Below the pieces are notes generated by a model. It made no database searches and was not told the DNA's origin. It saw only the letters and a program-made list of their open reading frames with translations. The translations under genes were made by a program, and so were the position numbers. Below, piece after piece: positions 20,219-29,738 of a stretch of DNA of 64,000 nucleotides. The stretch lies in assembly GCA_031178355.1 (NCBI GenBank), contig JAPSJC010000001.1, forward strand, positions 124,669 through 188,668, read 5' to 3'. Every line of letters begins with the position of its first letter. The stretch's first letter is position 1. Source of the stretch: Ureibacillus sp. Lineage in GTDB: Bacteria > Bacillota > Bacilli > Bacillales_A > Planococcaceae.

Positions 20219-21607
20219 ATGAAGATTAAAGAAAAGAATTATGTCATCCGTCAAATACAAGGTGATATGATGACGCCAATTTCTGTTTTTAGAAGTTTAA
20301 AAGGGAGTCATAAAGTATTATTTGAATCATCGGCAAAGCATGAAGAAAGTGGAAGATATTCATTTATAGCTGTTAATCCTATAGCTGAATTAAAAGGAAA
20401 CAATCAATCCTTTACGGTGAGACATGAAGAGCAGGAAGCTATAACAATGAAGGGTTCTGTTATTCAAAAACTGCGTGAAATGTTGCCAATACAAGAGGTT
20501 GAGTATCCGTTCTCCTTTTTTGGAGGTGTAATTGGCTATTTTGGTTATGATACAGCCTTTTACGGAGAAAAGATTGGAGATTTCTTACCAGATGATTTAA
20601 ATATGCCTGATGTCCATGTTTACTTTTATGATACATTTGTTGTATTCGATCATTTACTACAGACTGTTACGATCGGATCAATTGACTTGTTCCAACAGAA
20701 TCGTACAGTTGAGGAAATGAATCAATCCATTCAAGTTATAGAAGAAGAAATTAAAAATGGTTCAACCTATTTTGAAGAGGATTCTACTTCCGTTCAATTT
20801 GAACCAACTATAAGTAAAGAACAGTTTGTTCAGATGGTTAATAAAGCAAAAGAACATATCATTCGTGGGGACATTTTTCAGGTAGTGTTATCGCAAAGAT
20901 TTCAATCTAAATATAAGGGTAATCCTTTTGATTTATATCGAAAATTAAGAACCTCTAATCCTTCTCCATATATGTTTTATCTAGAATTTGATCATTATAC
21001 AATTTTAGGGACTTCACCAGAAAGTTTGGTGAAAGTTAATAATCGATTTGTAACGACAAATCCTATTGCAGGTACTAAACCAAGAGGTAAAACAAAAGAA
21101 GAAGATTTAGAGTTAGAACAGCTTTTACTTCAAGATGAGAAGGAAATTGCTGAGCACCGAATGCTTGTGGATTTAGGTAGAAACGATTTAGGCCGTGTTT
21201 GCAAAATTGGAACTGTTCATGTTAATAAATATATGAGTATCGAACGATATAAGTATGTCATGCATATTGTTTCGGAAGTTATAGGCGAATTAAAAGACAA
21301 TGTTCATGTATTGGATGTCTTAACATCTTCATTACCTGCTGGGACGGTATCGGGTGCACCTAAAATTAGAGCGATGCAAATAATAAATGATCTAGAAAAT
21401 AAAAAACGTGGTGTCTATGCTGGAGCAATTGGCTATATTTCGGTTAGTGGAAATATGGATTTAGCTTTGGCAATTCGCACAATGGTCGTGAAAGATGAAA
21501 ATGCTTATGTTCAAGCTGGGGCAGGAATTGTTTATGATTCTATTGCTGAATCAGAGTACCTTGAAACGTTGAACAAAGCAAAAGCATTATTGGAGGTACA
21601 CAAATGA
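20219..21607 (+). CDS. trpE: Anthranilate synthase component I
   Basis: LFES and NPSPYM Trp-feedback motifs, PIAGT, EHRMLVDLGRNDL, GTVSGAPK; downstream of a Trp T-box. Confidence 0.92.
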   Translation: MKIKEKNYVIRQIQGDMMTPISVFRSLKGSHKVLFESSAKHEESGRYSFIAVNPIAELKGNNQSFTVRHEEQEAITMKGSVIQKLREMLPIQEVEYPFSFFGGVIGYFGYDTAFYGEKIGDFLPDDLNMPDVHVYFYDTFVVFDHLLQTVTIGSIDLFQQNRTVEEMNQSIQVIEEEIKNGSTYFEEDSTSVQFEPTISKEQFVQMVNKAKEHIIRGDIFQVVLSQRFQSKYKGNPFDLYRKLRTSNPSPYMFYLEFDHYTILGTSPESLVKVNNRFVTTNPIAGTKPRGKTKEEDLELEQLLLQDEKEIAEHRMLVDLGRNDLGRVCKIGTVHVNKYMSIERYKYVMHIVSEVIGELKDNVHVLDVLTSSLPAGTVSGAPKIRAMQIINDLENKKRGVYAGAIGYISVSGNMDLALAIRTMVVKDENAYVQAGAGIVYDSIAESEYLETLNKAKALLEVHK

Positions 21608-22188
21608 TTTTACTAATTGATAACTATGATTCATTCACCTATAATTTATATCAACAAATTTCTAGTTTTGGTAAAGAGGTAAAAGTAGTAAGAAATGATG
21701 CTATTACAATTGATGAGATTCGTACTGTAAACCCTGAAGCGATCGTTCTTTCACCGGGTCCAGGAACACCTAGTGAAGCAGGTATTACTGTAAACGTTGT
21801 GAAAGAGTTGTATAAAGAATTTCCCCTTTTAGGAATATGCTTAGGGCATCAAGCAATAGGGGAAGCCTTTGGTGGCCATATTGTTCGTGCTAATAATATA
21901 ATGCATGGAAAACTATCAGTTTTGACTTTTGAAAAAAAGGGACTATTTAGCAATTTACGGGAAGATGTGACAGTAATGCGATATCACTCACTAATTATTG
22001 ACCCTCCAACGTTACATGACGATTTAGTGGTTGTAGCCACTTCTTCTGATGATCAAGAGATTATGGCTATTCAACATCGTCAATACCCTGTATATGGGCT
22101 ACAGTTCCATCCAGAATCAATCGGTACTGAAACAGGAAGTATCATGGTAGGTGAATTTTTAAAACAAATATCAGTTAAAACTGTATAG
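21604..22188 (+). CDS. trpG: Anthranilate synthase component II (glutamine amidotransferase)
   Basis: IDNYDSF, SPGPG, GICLGHQ, RYHSL, QFHPES. Confidence 0.92.
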   Translation: MILLIDNYDSFTYNLYQQISSFGKEVKVVRNDAITIDEIRTVNPEAIVLSPGPGTPSEAGITVNVVKELYKEFPLLGICLGHQAIGEAFGGHIVRANNIMHGKLSVLTFEKKGLFSNLREDVTVMRYHSLIIDPPTLHDDLVVVATSSDDQEIMAIQHRQYPVYGLQFHPESIGTETGSIMVGEFLKQISVKTV

Positions 22189-22199
22189 CTTAGAAACAG

Positions 22200-22228
22200 G
22201 ACTGGACGTATTAACCATACGTCCAGTC
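22200..22228. terminator. Hairpin between convergent trpG and glutathione peroxidase
   Basis: GACTGGACGTAT/ATACGTCCAGTC perfect 12-bp stem. Confidence 0.75.
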
Positions 22229-22231
22229 TCT

Positions 22232-22702
22232 TTATAGTAATTCTTCGATTTTCTTTTCAAACTTTTTTGGACTATCAATAGGTGCAAATCTTTTCACTAC
22301 ATTTCCATTCCGATCAATAAGGAATTTTGTGAAGTTCCATTTTATATTTTTCCCGAGAATACCTTTTGTGCGCTCAGTTAAATATTGAAACAGTGGGTGA
22401 GCATAATCTCCATTTACCTTTACCATGTCATGCATTGGAAAAGAAACACCATACGTTAAACGGCATGTCTCTGCTGCATCACTTCCTGAAGTTAATTCTT
22501 GTTTGAATTGATCAGATGGAAAACCAAGAATTTCAAGACCTAGATCTTTATATTTTTTATATAATTCTTCTAGTTCATTAAATTGACCAGCCAAGCCACA
22601 TTTTGTAGCTGTATTGACTACGAGTAATACTTTTCCCTTATAACGTTCTAATGAATAAGGTTCCCCATTTGCTGAAGTGACTTCAAAGTCATAAATGTTC
22701 AT
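22232..22702 (-). CDS. Glutathione peroxidase family (Cys-type)
   Basis: VNTATKCGL, LGFPSDQF, IKWNFTKFL motifs. Confidence 0.92.
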   Translation of the reverse strand: MNIYDFEVTSANGEPYSLERYKGKVLLVVNTATKCGLAGQFNELEELYKKYKDLGLEILGFPSDQFKQELTSGSDAAETCRLTYGVSFPMHDMVKVNGDYAHPLFQYLTERTKGILGKNIKWNFTKFLIDRNGNVVKRFAPIDSPKKFEKKIEELL

Positions 22703-22718
22703 AATACCCACCTTTTTT

Positions 22719-23936
22719 TTAGTATTGCAAGTGGTCTTCGAGTTTAGACGTTGCCTTTTTGCCTAGCAGTAATAGTGTAACAGCAAACAAGAACGATGTA
22801 ATTAAAAAGGCACTAATAAAAGCAATGACTCCATTCCAGCCCCATTTCGACCAAAAAAGTCCACCTGTTGTTCCACCAATACTAGAACCGAAATAATATG
22901 CAAATAAATAGAGTGAGGAAGCTTGAGCTTTATTATTTTTGGAACGATAGCTCACCCATCCACTTGCAATGGAGTGTGAACCGAAAAATCCAAAAGTAAA
23001 TACTACTATACCAATTATTTTTATAAATAAGTTTACTGAAAGTGTTAAAAGCGCCCCTGTAAACATAATGAAAATACCTGCAAGTAATACATTTTGCCTT
23101 CCTAATTTATCGGAAAGACTTCCAAACCAAGTAGAACTAAATGTTCCCACTAAGTACACGATAAAAATCCATCCTACGATTCCAGCACTCAAGTAATAAG
23201 GTGGTGCAACTAACTGGAAACTAATGTAATTATAAAGTGTCACGAAACTGCCCATTAATGTAAAGGCAATTCCAAAGAGACAAATTAACCCAGGATCTTT
23301 TAGATGGGTTATCAAGGATTTTGTTAATCCTTTAACTTCTAGCTTTCTAGGTATAAAGTTTTTAGATTCTGGTAGAGCCCAAACGAAATAAAAAGACAAC
23401 ATCAAACTTAGTATTCCCAATATAATCATGCCAATTTGCCAACTGAATAAGTCCGTCATGGAACCCATGATGACACGGCCAAATAATCCACCAATAGAGT
23501 TTCCACTTATATATAATCCCATTGCTATCCCAAGACTTGTAGGTTCAACTTCTTCCCCTAAATAGGCCATTGCAATTGCCGGGATCCCTGCAAATACAAC
23601 CCCCTGAATGACTCGTAATAATAAAAGAGTTTCAAATGAAGGTGCAAATGCAAGCATAATCGTTAGTATAGAAGTAGCAAAAATAGAGATTGTCATCAAA
23701 CGTTTACGTCCCCATGCTTCTGACAGGGAACCAAATAAAATTAAACTAATTGAAAGTGCTCCTGTTGCTAAAGAGAGGGAAAGGCTAGCAACTGTTGGCG
23801 ATACACCAAAGTCCTTTGATAATTGAGGTAATAAAGGTTGTGTAATATATAGATTGGCAAAAACAATAAAAGCGGCAGCAAATAATGCTAGATTGGCTTG
23901 TTTAAATTCTTTCGATCCTTTTTTAAGATAGGACAT
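22719..23936 (-). CDS. MFS transporter (YnfM/YybF-like)
   Basis: 12-TM pattern, GSLSEAWGRK motif A, QASSLYLFAYYFGSS; start moved to ATG 23936 after AGAGG RBS. Confidence 0.88.
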   Translation of the reverse strand: MSYLKKGSKEFKQANLALFAAAFIVFANLYITQPLLPQLSKDFGVSPTVASLSLSLATGALSISLILFGSLSEAWGRKRLMTISIFATSILTIMLAFAPSFETLLLLRVIQGVVFAGIPAIAMAYLGEEVEPTSLGIAMGLYISGNSIGGLFGRVIMGSMTDLFSWQIGMIILGILSLMLSFYFVWALPESKNFIPRKLEVKGLTKSLITHLKDPGLICLFGIAFTLMGSFVTLYNYISFQLVAPPYYLSAGIVGWIFIVYLVGTFSSTWFGSLSDKLGRQNVLLAGIFIMFTGALLTLSVNLFIKIIGIVVFTFGFFGSHSIASGWVSYRSKNNKAQASSLYLFAYYFGSSIGGTTGGLFWSKWGWNGVIAFISAFLITSFLFAVTLLLLGKKATSKLEDHLQY

Positions 23937-24039
23937 GTAGAACTTCCTCTTTCTATTTTTGACATTTCTTTGAACAATGAGTTTGGATTTATTATAATCA
24001 AAGAAAGTATATAAAGAAAATTGATTGTTTTTATACGTC

Positions 24040-24058
24040 TTATAAATAAAGGTTATAA
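24040..24058. promoter_or_regulatory. LysR recognition site (T-N11-A)
   Basis: TTATAA-ATAAAGG-TTATAA interrupted dyad between divergent MFS and LysR genes. Confidence 0.55.
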
Positions 24059-24069
24059 GGAGTCTTAGA

Positions 24070-24960
24070 ATGGATTTCACTTCACTTATTTATTTTCGAA
24101 CGGTGGCTAAATACGAGAATATGTCTCGTGCATCAGAACACCTACATATTTCGCAACCGGCTCTTAGTAAGTCAATCTCACTATTAGAAGATAGTTTGGG
24201 TGTTGTTTTATTTGATAGAAATGGCCGCTCAATCAAATTGAATCGATATGGGAAGTTTTTCTTAGAGCGCACCGAGTTTATTTTAAGAGAATTTGAAAGG
24301 ACGAAAGAAGACCTTCACAACATGATTACACCTGGATATGGGGAAGTTTCCATAGGATTTATGCATACATTAGGTTTAGAAATTATTCCAACTTTAATGA
24401 CCGATGTGAAAAGGGATTTTCCATATATGAGGCTACAGTTAACTCAGAACAATTCAAGTGCATTAATGGAGAAATTAATAAATGGTGAGTTGGATCTTTG
24501 TCTAATTTCTTCATTAGAGACAAATAGCGATGTCATTTGGGAAAAACTTTGGGACGAGGAGTTATATCTAATCGTACCCAAAACCCATCGATTAAAAAGT
24601 CGAAAAACAGTAAAAGTACATGAATTTGCACTCGATCCGTTTATATCTATAAAAAAAGGAAATTCACTTAGAAAAACAGTTGATGAGTTATTTTCAAATG
24701 AAGGATTTAAGCTGAATGTAGCATTCGAAGGAGAAGAAGTTCATACTGTTGCTGGTTTGGTGGAAAGTGGATTAGGTGTGTCTTTAATTCCAAAAATAAA
24801 AGGGCTGGAACAATATGAGTTACAAATCATCCATGTAGATTCAAATGAATGTAAAAGAGAAATTGGTTTGGCCTATATAGATCATCGGTATTTAAGTGAA
24901 GTAACGATTCAATTTGCAAAATACATTCGTAATTATTTTGCAGGATATAAAAAAGGTTAG
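24070..24960 (+). CDS. LysR-family transcriptional regulator (YybE-like)
   Basis: YF..VA...NMSRASEHLHISQPALSKSI..LE..LG..LFDR HTH; VESGLGVSLIP. Confidence 0.93.
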   Translation: MDFTSLIYFRTVAKYENMSRASEHLHISQPALSKSISLLEDSLGVVLFDRNGRSIKLNRYGKFFLERTEFILREFERTKEDLHNMITPGYGEVSIGFMHTLGLEIIPTLMTDVKRDFPYMRLQLTQNNSSALMEKLINGELDLCLISSLETNSDVIWEKLWDEELYLIVPKTHRLKSRKTVKVHEFALDPFISIKKGNSLRKTVDELFSNEGFKLNVAFEGEEVHTVAGLVESGLGVSLIPKIKGLEQYELQIIHVDSNECKREIGLAYIDHRYLSEVTIQFAKYIRNYFAGYKKG

Positions 24961-24973
24961 CGTAGATGCTAAC

Positions 24974-25453
24974 CTATTCTTTACCAGTGATGATATTTGC
25001 AATTTCTTCAATTGTCATTGTTGAATCTAATTCAAATTGTCCGATTTGTATCGATTTGGCATTTTCAGGTTTTGCTAAAAATAGCTCCATTTCTAATCCA
25101 TTATTCACAATACCTAAATCTTCGAGTTTTTTTCCAATTTCATAAGCAGTTAACCCTGTGTATATATGTAATGTAGTATGAACAACCTCATCATGGTTTT
25201 GAATCTCTGTCTCTGTTTCAACTTCTTTTGATAAGTTTTTTGTATCATCAATACTAGTTTTATTTTTTTCTTGTTTAAGGGTAACAATTTGTTCATTCGC
25301 TTTTTTTAATTGTTGTTCTAAATCAGTTATTTTTCGTTCGTATTCTAATTGGTTCGTTGTTGTATCTGTTATTTTGTATTTATCCATTAATATAAAGCTA
25401 GTACCTATCAAAAAACAAGCAAATCCGAAAGCACGTATAGACTTTCTATTCAT
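24974..25453 (-). CDS. YqzC-like membrane-anchored protein with YceG/MltG-like C-terminal domain
   Basis: N-terminal TM, coiled coil, G.T.YEI...L...GIV...IQ.G.F.L...MT.EEIA..IT; syntenic with yqzC. Confidence 0.7.
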   Translation of the reverse strand: MNRKSIRAFGFACFLIGTSFILMDKYKITDTTTNQLEYERKITDLEQQLKKANEQIVTLKQEKNKTSIDDTKNLSKEVETETEIQNHDEVVHTTLHIYTGLTAYEIGKKLEDLGIVNNGLEMELFLAKPENAKSIQIGQFELDSTMTIEEIANIITGKE

Positions 25454-25878
25454 TTTATACCCCCAGAATTTTGTAAAATCTCATGGATTCGAACTTCGGC
25501 TAAAGTAGACAATTTACTTATTTCTGAGACTGAATAACCTTGTTTATCAAGTTCAATTACTTGTCGAACTAATATTTCAGGAATTGGTTTTGTCTTTTTT
25601 AATTCTTGTTGTTTTGGATTAAGTGTATTGATAAACTCATTTTTTTTTGCTTTATTAATTGTGTTAGAATTAGCAGGAGATTTTACTTGGAAATTTGGTT
25701 CTAACATTAGTTCTTCTTCAACAACCTTTAAGCGGCGTTTGATAGAGTTTGTTTCCTGATATATGCTAATGGAGAGATCCTCTATATCTTTTTCTATTTT
25801 TTTCGTAGAATCTTTAATGAAAAAGGATATAATTATACAAACTATACCTATCATTATTAAGATAATTGAATAATCCAT
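25450..25878 (-). CDS. YqzD-like membrane-anchored protein
   Basis: N-terminal TM, coiled coil (KRRLKVVEEEL), C-terminal HTH-like GYSVSEISKLS; syntenic with yqzD. Confidence 0.7.
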   Translation of the reverse strand: MDYSIILIMIGIVCIIISFFIKDSTKKIEKDIEDLSISIYQETNSIKRRLKVVEEELMLEPNFQVKSPANSNTINKAKKNEFINTLNPKQQELKKTKPIPEILVRQVIELDKQGYSVSEISKLSTLAEVRIHEILQNSGGIK

Positions 25879-26036
25879 TGTGCTTCCTCCGCTACAGATA
25901 TGTTTTTAGTTATTTTAACATAAGAAAAGTTAATAATAAATGATAGTAGATTTTTTATCATTTTGTGATATAATGGGTTAGTCGTATAAATCATGCTCAA
26001 AAAAACAATTATTGATATAGAGTGGGAGGGTTAATG

Positions 26037-26186
26037 ATGCGCGTAAACATTACATTAGCTTGCACTGATTGCGGTGAACGTAATTACATTTCTAAAAAGA
26101 ACAAACGTAACAATCCAGAACGTCTTGAACTTAAAAAATATTGCTCACGCGAGAAGAAAGCTACTCTTCACCGCGAAACAAAATAA
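26037..26186 (+). CDS. rpmG: 50S ribosomal protein L33 (absent from ORF track)
   Basis: Manual translation [49 protein letters not shown]; GGGAGG RBS. Confidence 0.97.
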   Translation: MRVNITLACTDCGERNYISKKNKRNNPERLELKKYCSREKKATLHRETK

Positions 26187-26200
26187 GTTTTTGCGTCATT

Positions 26201-26229
26201 GCCAAAACCACTCAAGGTTTTGGCTTTTT
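26201..26229 (+). terminator. rpmG terminator
   Basis: GCCAAAACC/GGTTTTGGC plus T tract. Confidence 0.8.
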
Positions 26230-26261
26230 ACTTTTATATACATAGTTACGGAGGTTTTTGA

Positions 26262-26849
26262 ATGGACAAAATTAAACTACGTAGACATGTAAAAGCTGCA
26301 TTAGACAAGTTAACGGATCAACAATATAATGAATTCTCAAAAATCATTTCCGAGAAATTGTTAAAAGAAGATGATATAAAGCAAGCTAAAACAATTGCTA
26401 TTACGTTATCAAACAAACCTGAAGTTGATACTTACTCATTAATTGAAAATCTTTGGCTATGCAATAAAAGAGTTGTTGTACCGAAATGTGATCCGAAAGA
26501 TCGTTCAATGCAATTTTACGAATTAAAGCATTTTGACCAACTTGAAACAGTTTATATGAATTTACGTGAACCAATTCCAGAAAAAACTTACCCTGTCTTT
26601 TTAAATGAAATTGATGTGGTCATTGTGCCAGGAGTGGTGTATGATCTGAAAGGTTATCGTATTGGCTTTGGTGGTGGGTATTATGATCGCTTTCTTGTAA
26701 ATTATCCTGGTAACCTCATATCATTAGCTTTTGATAATCAAATTATTGACGAAGTACCTAGGGAATCACATGATATCCCTGTAAATATTATTCTAACTGA
26801 AAAAAGAAAAATTGACTGTACAAAAAACCGAAAGGAGTCAGTTGAATGA
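26262..26849 (+). CDS. 5-formyltetrahydrofolate cyclo-ligase (YqgN)
   Basis: K..LR, EVDT, VPG..YD..GYRIGFGGGYYDR, HDIPV. Confidence 0.92.
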   Translation: MDKIKLRRHVKAALDKLTDQQYNEFSKIISEKLLKEDDIKQAKTIAITLSNKPEVDTYSLIENLWLCNKRVVVPKCDPKDRSMQFYELKHFDQLETVYMNLREPIPEKTYPVFLNEIDVVIVPGVVYDLKGYRIGFGGGYYDRFLVNYPGNLISLAFDNQIIDEVPRESHDIPVNIILTEKRKIDCTKNRKESVE

Positions 26850-27052
26850 AATCTATGATTGATATTTATGATCTGCTAAAGCAATATGGGACTTTTATCT
26901 ATACAGGCGATCGACTAGGTGATTTAATGTTAATTGAAGATGAAATTAGAGAACTTTACAAATCGCAAGTTTTAGATATCAAAGATTACCAAACTGCTCT
27001 TTTGATTATTCGTCATGAGGCATCTAAATTAGAGTCAAGTAGTAATAATTGA
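26846..27052 (+). CDS. yqgQ: YqgQ/DUF910 family protein
   Basis: D.YDLLKQYGTFIYTGDR..D...IE.E..ELY pattern; synteny. Confidence 0.8.
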   Translation: MKSMIDIYDLLKQYGTFIYTGDRLGDLMLIEDEIRELYKSQVLDIKDYQTALLIIRHEASKLESSSNN

Positions 27053-27182
27053 ATCATAAAATTTAATCTTTGGGTACTATATTATGAAGCAGTGGGTGAA
27101 ACCGCTGTTTTTTTATTTTTTGTTATATAGGAAGTAAGGATTAATAATTAAAGCAATCGTTCAACCTATTTTAGGCTTTTAA

Positions 27183-27209
27183 GGAACCTTTATGTTAAAA
27201 AAACGTAAA
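27183..27209 (+). promoter_or_regulatory. Putative ECF sigma promoter upstream of LTA synthase
   Basis: GGAAC-N16-CGTAAA. Confidence 0.4.
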
Positions 27210-27401
27210 TAATTATGTGGGAACTGTAAATAATGTCAAGAATTATACAATTTAGAGCATATGATGGGAAATGTTAAACCTATTGCTAAATAAAGAAAAT
27301 CATATTATGATAGTCTTTGTTTCTTGTGATTGATGTTAATTTGATGTAAATAATTCAATGAAAATGTAAAAAATTAATTTTAACAGAAAGGCTGGTTAGG
27401 A

Positions 27402-29300
27402 ATGCAGTCATTTAAATGGCCGAAACATTCAATTTTAATTATTGCAATTCTTGCTACTTGGATAAAAACTGCAATTACTTACCATACAAGTTTCGAAATT
27501 GAAATAGAAAACGGCATGCAGGAATTTATTTTAATACTGAACCCACTATGTTTTTTACTGTTTGCATATGGTATTTCATTATTTTTTAATTCCGCTATAT
27601 TGAAAAATAGTTACCTACTAATAATTAGTGTCCTATTATCTATTGTACTATATGCAAATGTAGCCTTTTATCGTTTCTATAATGACTTTATTACGTTACC
27701 AGTGTTATTCCAAACAGATAATGTTGGGCAACTTGGATCGTCAATATCAGAAATTGTTAATTGGTATGACTTCTTATTCTATATTGATATCGTAATTGTA
27801 ATATTAGCGATTATGTTTATTCCTAAAACCATTGAAGGGCAACTAGCAGTTCGTAAAAATGCTCGTCGTGCATATTTTGTGGTTGCTTTAGCTATTACTT
27901 TTTTAAATTTAGGTTTAGCAGAAACGGAAAGACCACAACTTTTAACACGTAGTTTCGACCGTGAACTTCTTGTGAAAAATATTGGGACATATAACTATCA
28001 TCTATATGATTTTTATATCCAATCTAAATCTTCTGCCCAACGAGCACTTGCAGATGGCAGTGAACTAGTAGAAATAGATAACTATGTTCAAGCAACACAA
28101 GCAGTTCCAAATGATGAAATGTTTGGTAAATATGCTGGTCGTAATGTAATTTTAGTTCAATTAGAATCATTACAAAGTTTTGTGATTAACAATGATATGA
28201 ATGGGGAAGTCGTAACACCATTCTTAAATTCGCTAACAAATGATCCTGACACATATTATTTTAGCGATTTTTATCATCAAACAAGTTTGGGTAAAACAAG
28301 TGATTCTGAGTTTTTAGTTGAAAACTCATTGTTTGGTTTAGGTCGTGGGGCTGTGTTCTTTACACATGGTGGAAATACTTATAATTCGATGGCAGAAAAA
28401 TTAGGGAATAATGGCTACTTTACAAATGTCATGCACTCAAATAATGATTCATTTTGGAATCGTGATATGATGTATGATGCTTTAAAAATAGACAAATTTT
28501 ATGATGTAAATTCATATACTGTGAATGAGGAAAACTCTGTTAACTGGGGATTAAAGGATGTACCATTCTTTGAACAATCCGTTGAGCTAATGACAGAGAT
28601 GCCTCAACCGTTTTATTCACGTTTAATTACGTTAACAAATCACTATCCTTTTTATTTGAATGAAGAAGATCAAATGATTCCTGAATACAACTCGAATTCT
28701 GGTACATTAAATCGTTATTTCCAAACAGTTCGTTATCTAGATGAATCCATTAAAGTGTTATTTGATGAATTGAAAGAAAAAGGATTATATGAAAACTCAA
28801 TCATCGTAATGTATGGAGACCATTATGGGATTTCGGAAAATCATAATAAGGCAATGGCAATGTATTTAGATAAAGAAGAAATAACTGCTTATGACAATGC
28901 ATTATTACAATCCGTACCGTTATATATCCATATACCAGGTTCAGGAGATGGTCAGATAATAGATGATACATCTGGACAAATTGATATAAGACCGACAGTT
29001 CTACATTTATTGGGGGTAGATACTTCTAATGACATGCAATTAGGTGCAGATTTATTCTCTGAAGAACATGAAGGATTTGTGATCTTCCGTGATGGTGGAT
29101 TTGTAACAGAAGAATATGTATATGCAGGAGAAACTTGCTATGAGCGACCTTCTGGGGAAGAAATTGATATAGCAGCATGTCAGCCTTATATTGAGCGTTC
29201 ACTTGTGGAATTAAATTATTCAGATAGAATTATTAATGGTGATTTATTACGTTTCTATGATGAGATGTCAGGTAACTTGAAGCAAGATGCTGTTCACTAA
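27402..29300 (+). CDS. Lipoteichoic acid synthase family (LtaS/YqgS)
   Basis: 5 TMs, QLESLQ, GKTSDSEF catalytic Thr, FWNR, TNHYPF, YGDHYG. Confidence 0.92.
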   Translation: MQSFKWPKHSILIIAILATWIKTAITYHTSFEIEIENGMQEFILILNPLCFLLFAYGISLFFNSAILKNSYLLIISVLLSIVLYANVAFYRFYNDFITLPVLFQTDNVGQLGSSISEIVNWYDFLFYIDIVIVILAIMFIPKTIEGQLAVRKNARRAYFVVALAITFLNLGLAETERPQLLTRSFDRELLVKNIGTYNYHLYDFYIQSKSSAQRALADGSELVEIDNYVQATQAVPNDEMFGKYAGRNVILVQLESLQSFVINNDMNGEVVTPFLNSLTNDPDTYYFSDFYHQTSLGKTSDSEFLVENSLFGLGRGAVFFTHGGNTYNSMAEKLGNNGYFTNVMHSNNDSFWNRDMMYDALKIDKFYDVNSYTVNEENSVNWGLKDVPFFEQSVELMTEMPQPFYSRLITLTNHYPFYLNEEDQMIPEYNSNSGTLNRYFQTVRYLDESIKVLFDELKEKGLYENSIIVMYGDHYGISENHNKAMAMYLDKEEITAYDNALLQSVPLYIHIPGSGDGQIIDDTSGQIDIRPTVLHLLGVDTSNDMQLGADLFSEEHEGFVIFRDGGFVTEEYVYAGETCYERPSGEEIDIAACQPYIERSLVELNYSDRIINGDLLRFYDEMSGNLKQDAVH

Positions 29301-29356
29301 AAAATGAGCGACTAGTCGATAGGCTGGTCGCTTTCTTGTTTTTCGAATATACAATA

Positions 29357-29390
29357 AAAAGGACGACTCAAGTAATTGAGTCGTCCTTTT
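29357..29390. terminator. Bidirectional terminator
   Basis: AAAAGGACGACTCAA/TTGAGTCGTCCTTTT. Confidence 0.8.
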
Positions 29391-29400
29391 ATTACATTGA

Positions 29401-29580
29401 TTAATGTAATACTGGTGGGTAGCCTTGGTTTAAAACAGTCATAACTACAAACCATCCAAAAATCGCAAATGAAGCAACACCGAAAATTAATGCAAGAATA
29501 TTCTTGTTTTTAATTGATTTGAATGCGCTTACTAGAGATAAAATTGCGATTAAACCGAATATAACCATTAATAAGTTCAT
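29401..29580 (-). CDS. Small membrane protein DUF2759 (YqgW-like)
   Basis: 2 TMs, KNKN.L...FG.....FGWF..MT; AAAGGAG RBS; synteny. Confidence 0.75.
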   Translation of the reverse strand: MNLLMVIFGLIAILSLVSAFKSIKNKNILALIFGVASFAIFGWFVVMTVLNQGYPPVLH

Positions 29581-29738
29581 TAAACTAGACACTCCTTTCG
29601 ACATCAGAAAATGAATGTCGGTAAACAATATTCAATCTTTATTGTAAAGCAACTGCAAAGTTTTGTCGAGAACAAATCGTGACGTTTATATGAACAGTTA
29701 CTGTTATTTTTAAGATAGAACAGTATAATATTGATGAG

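Noticed and set aside
23937-24080. N-terminal extension of the MFS ORF overlapping lysR
   Set aside because: Covers the divergent promoter region; RBS supports ATG at 23936.
26074-26292. 72-aa ORF in the ORF track
   Set aside because: Out-of-frame shadow of rpmG that runs through its terminator.
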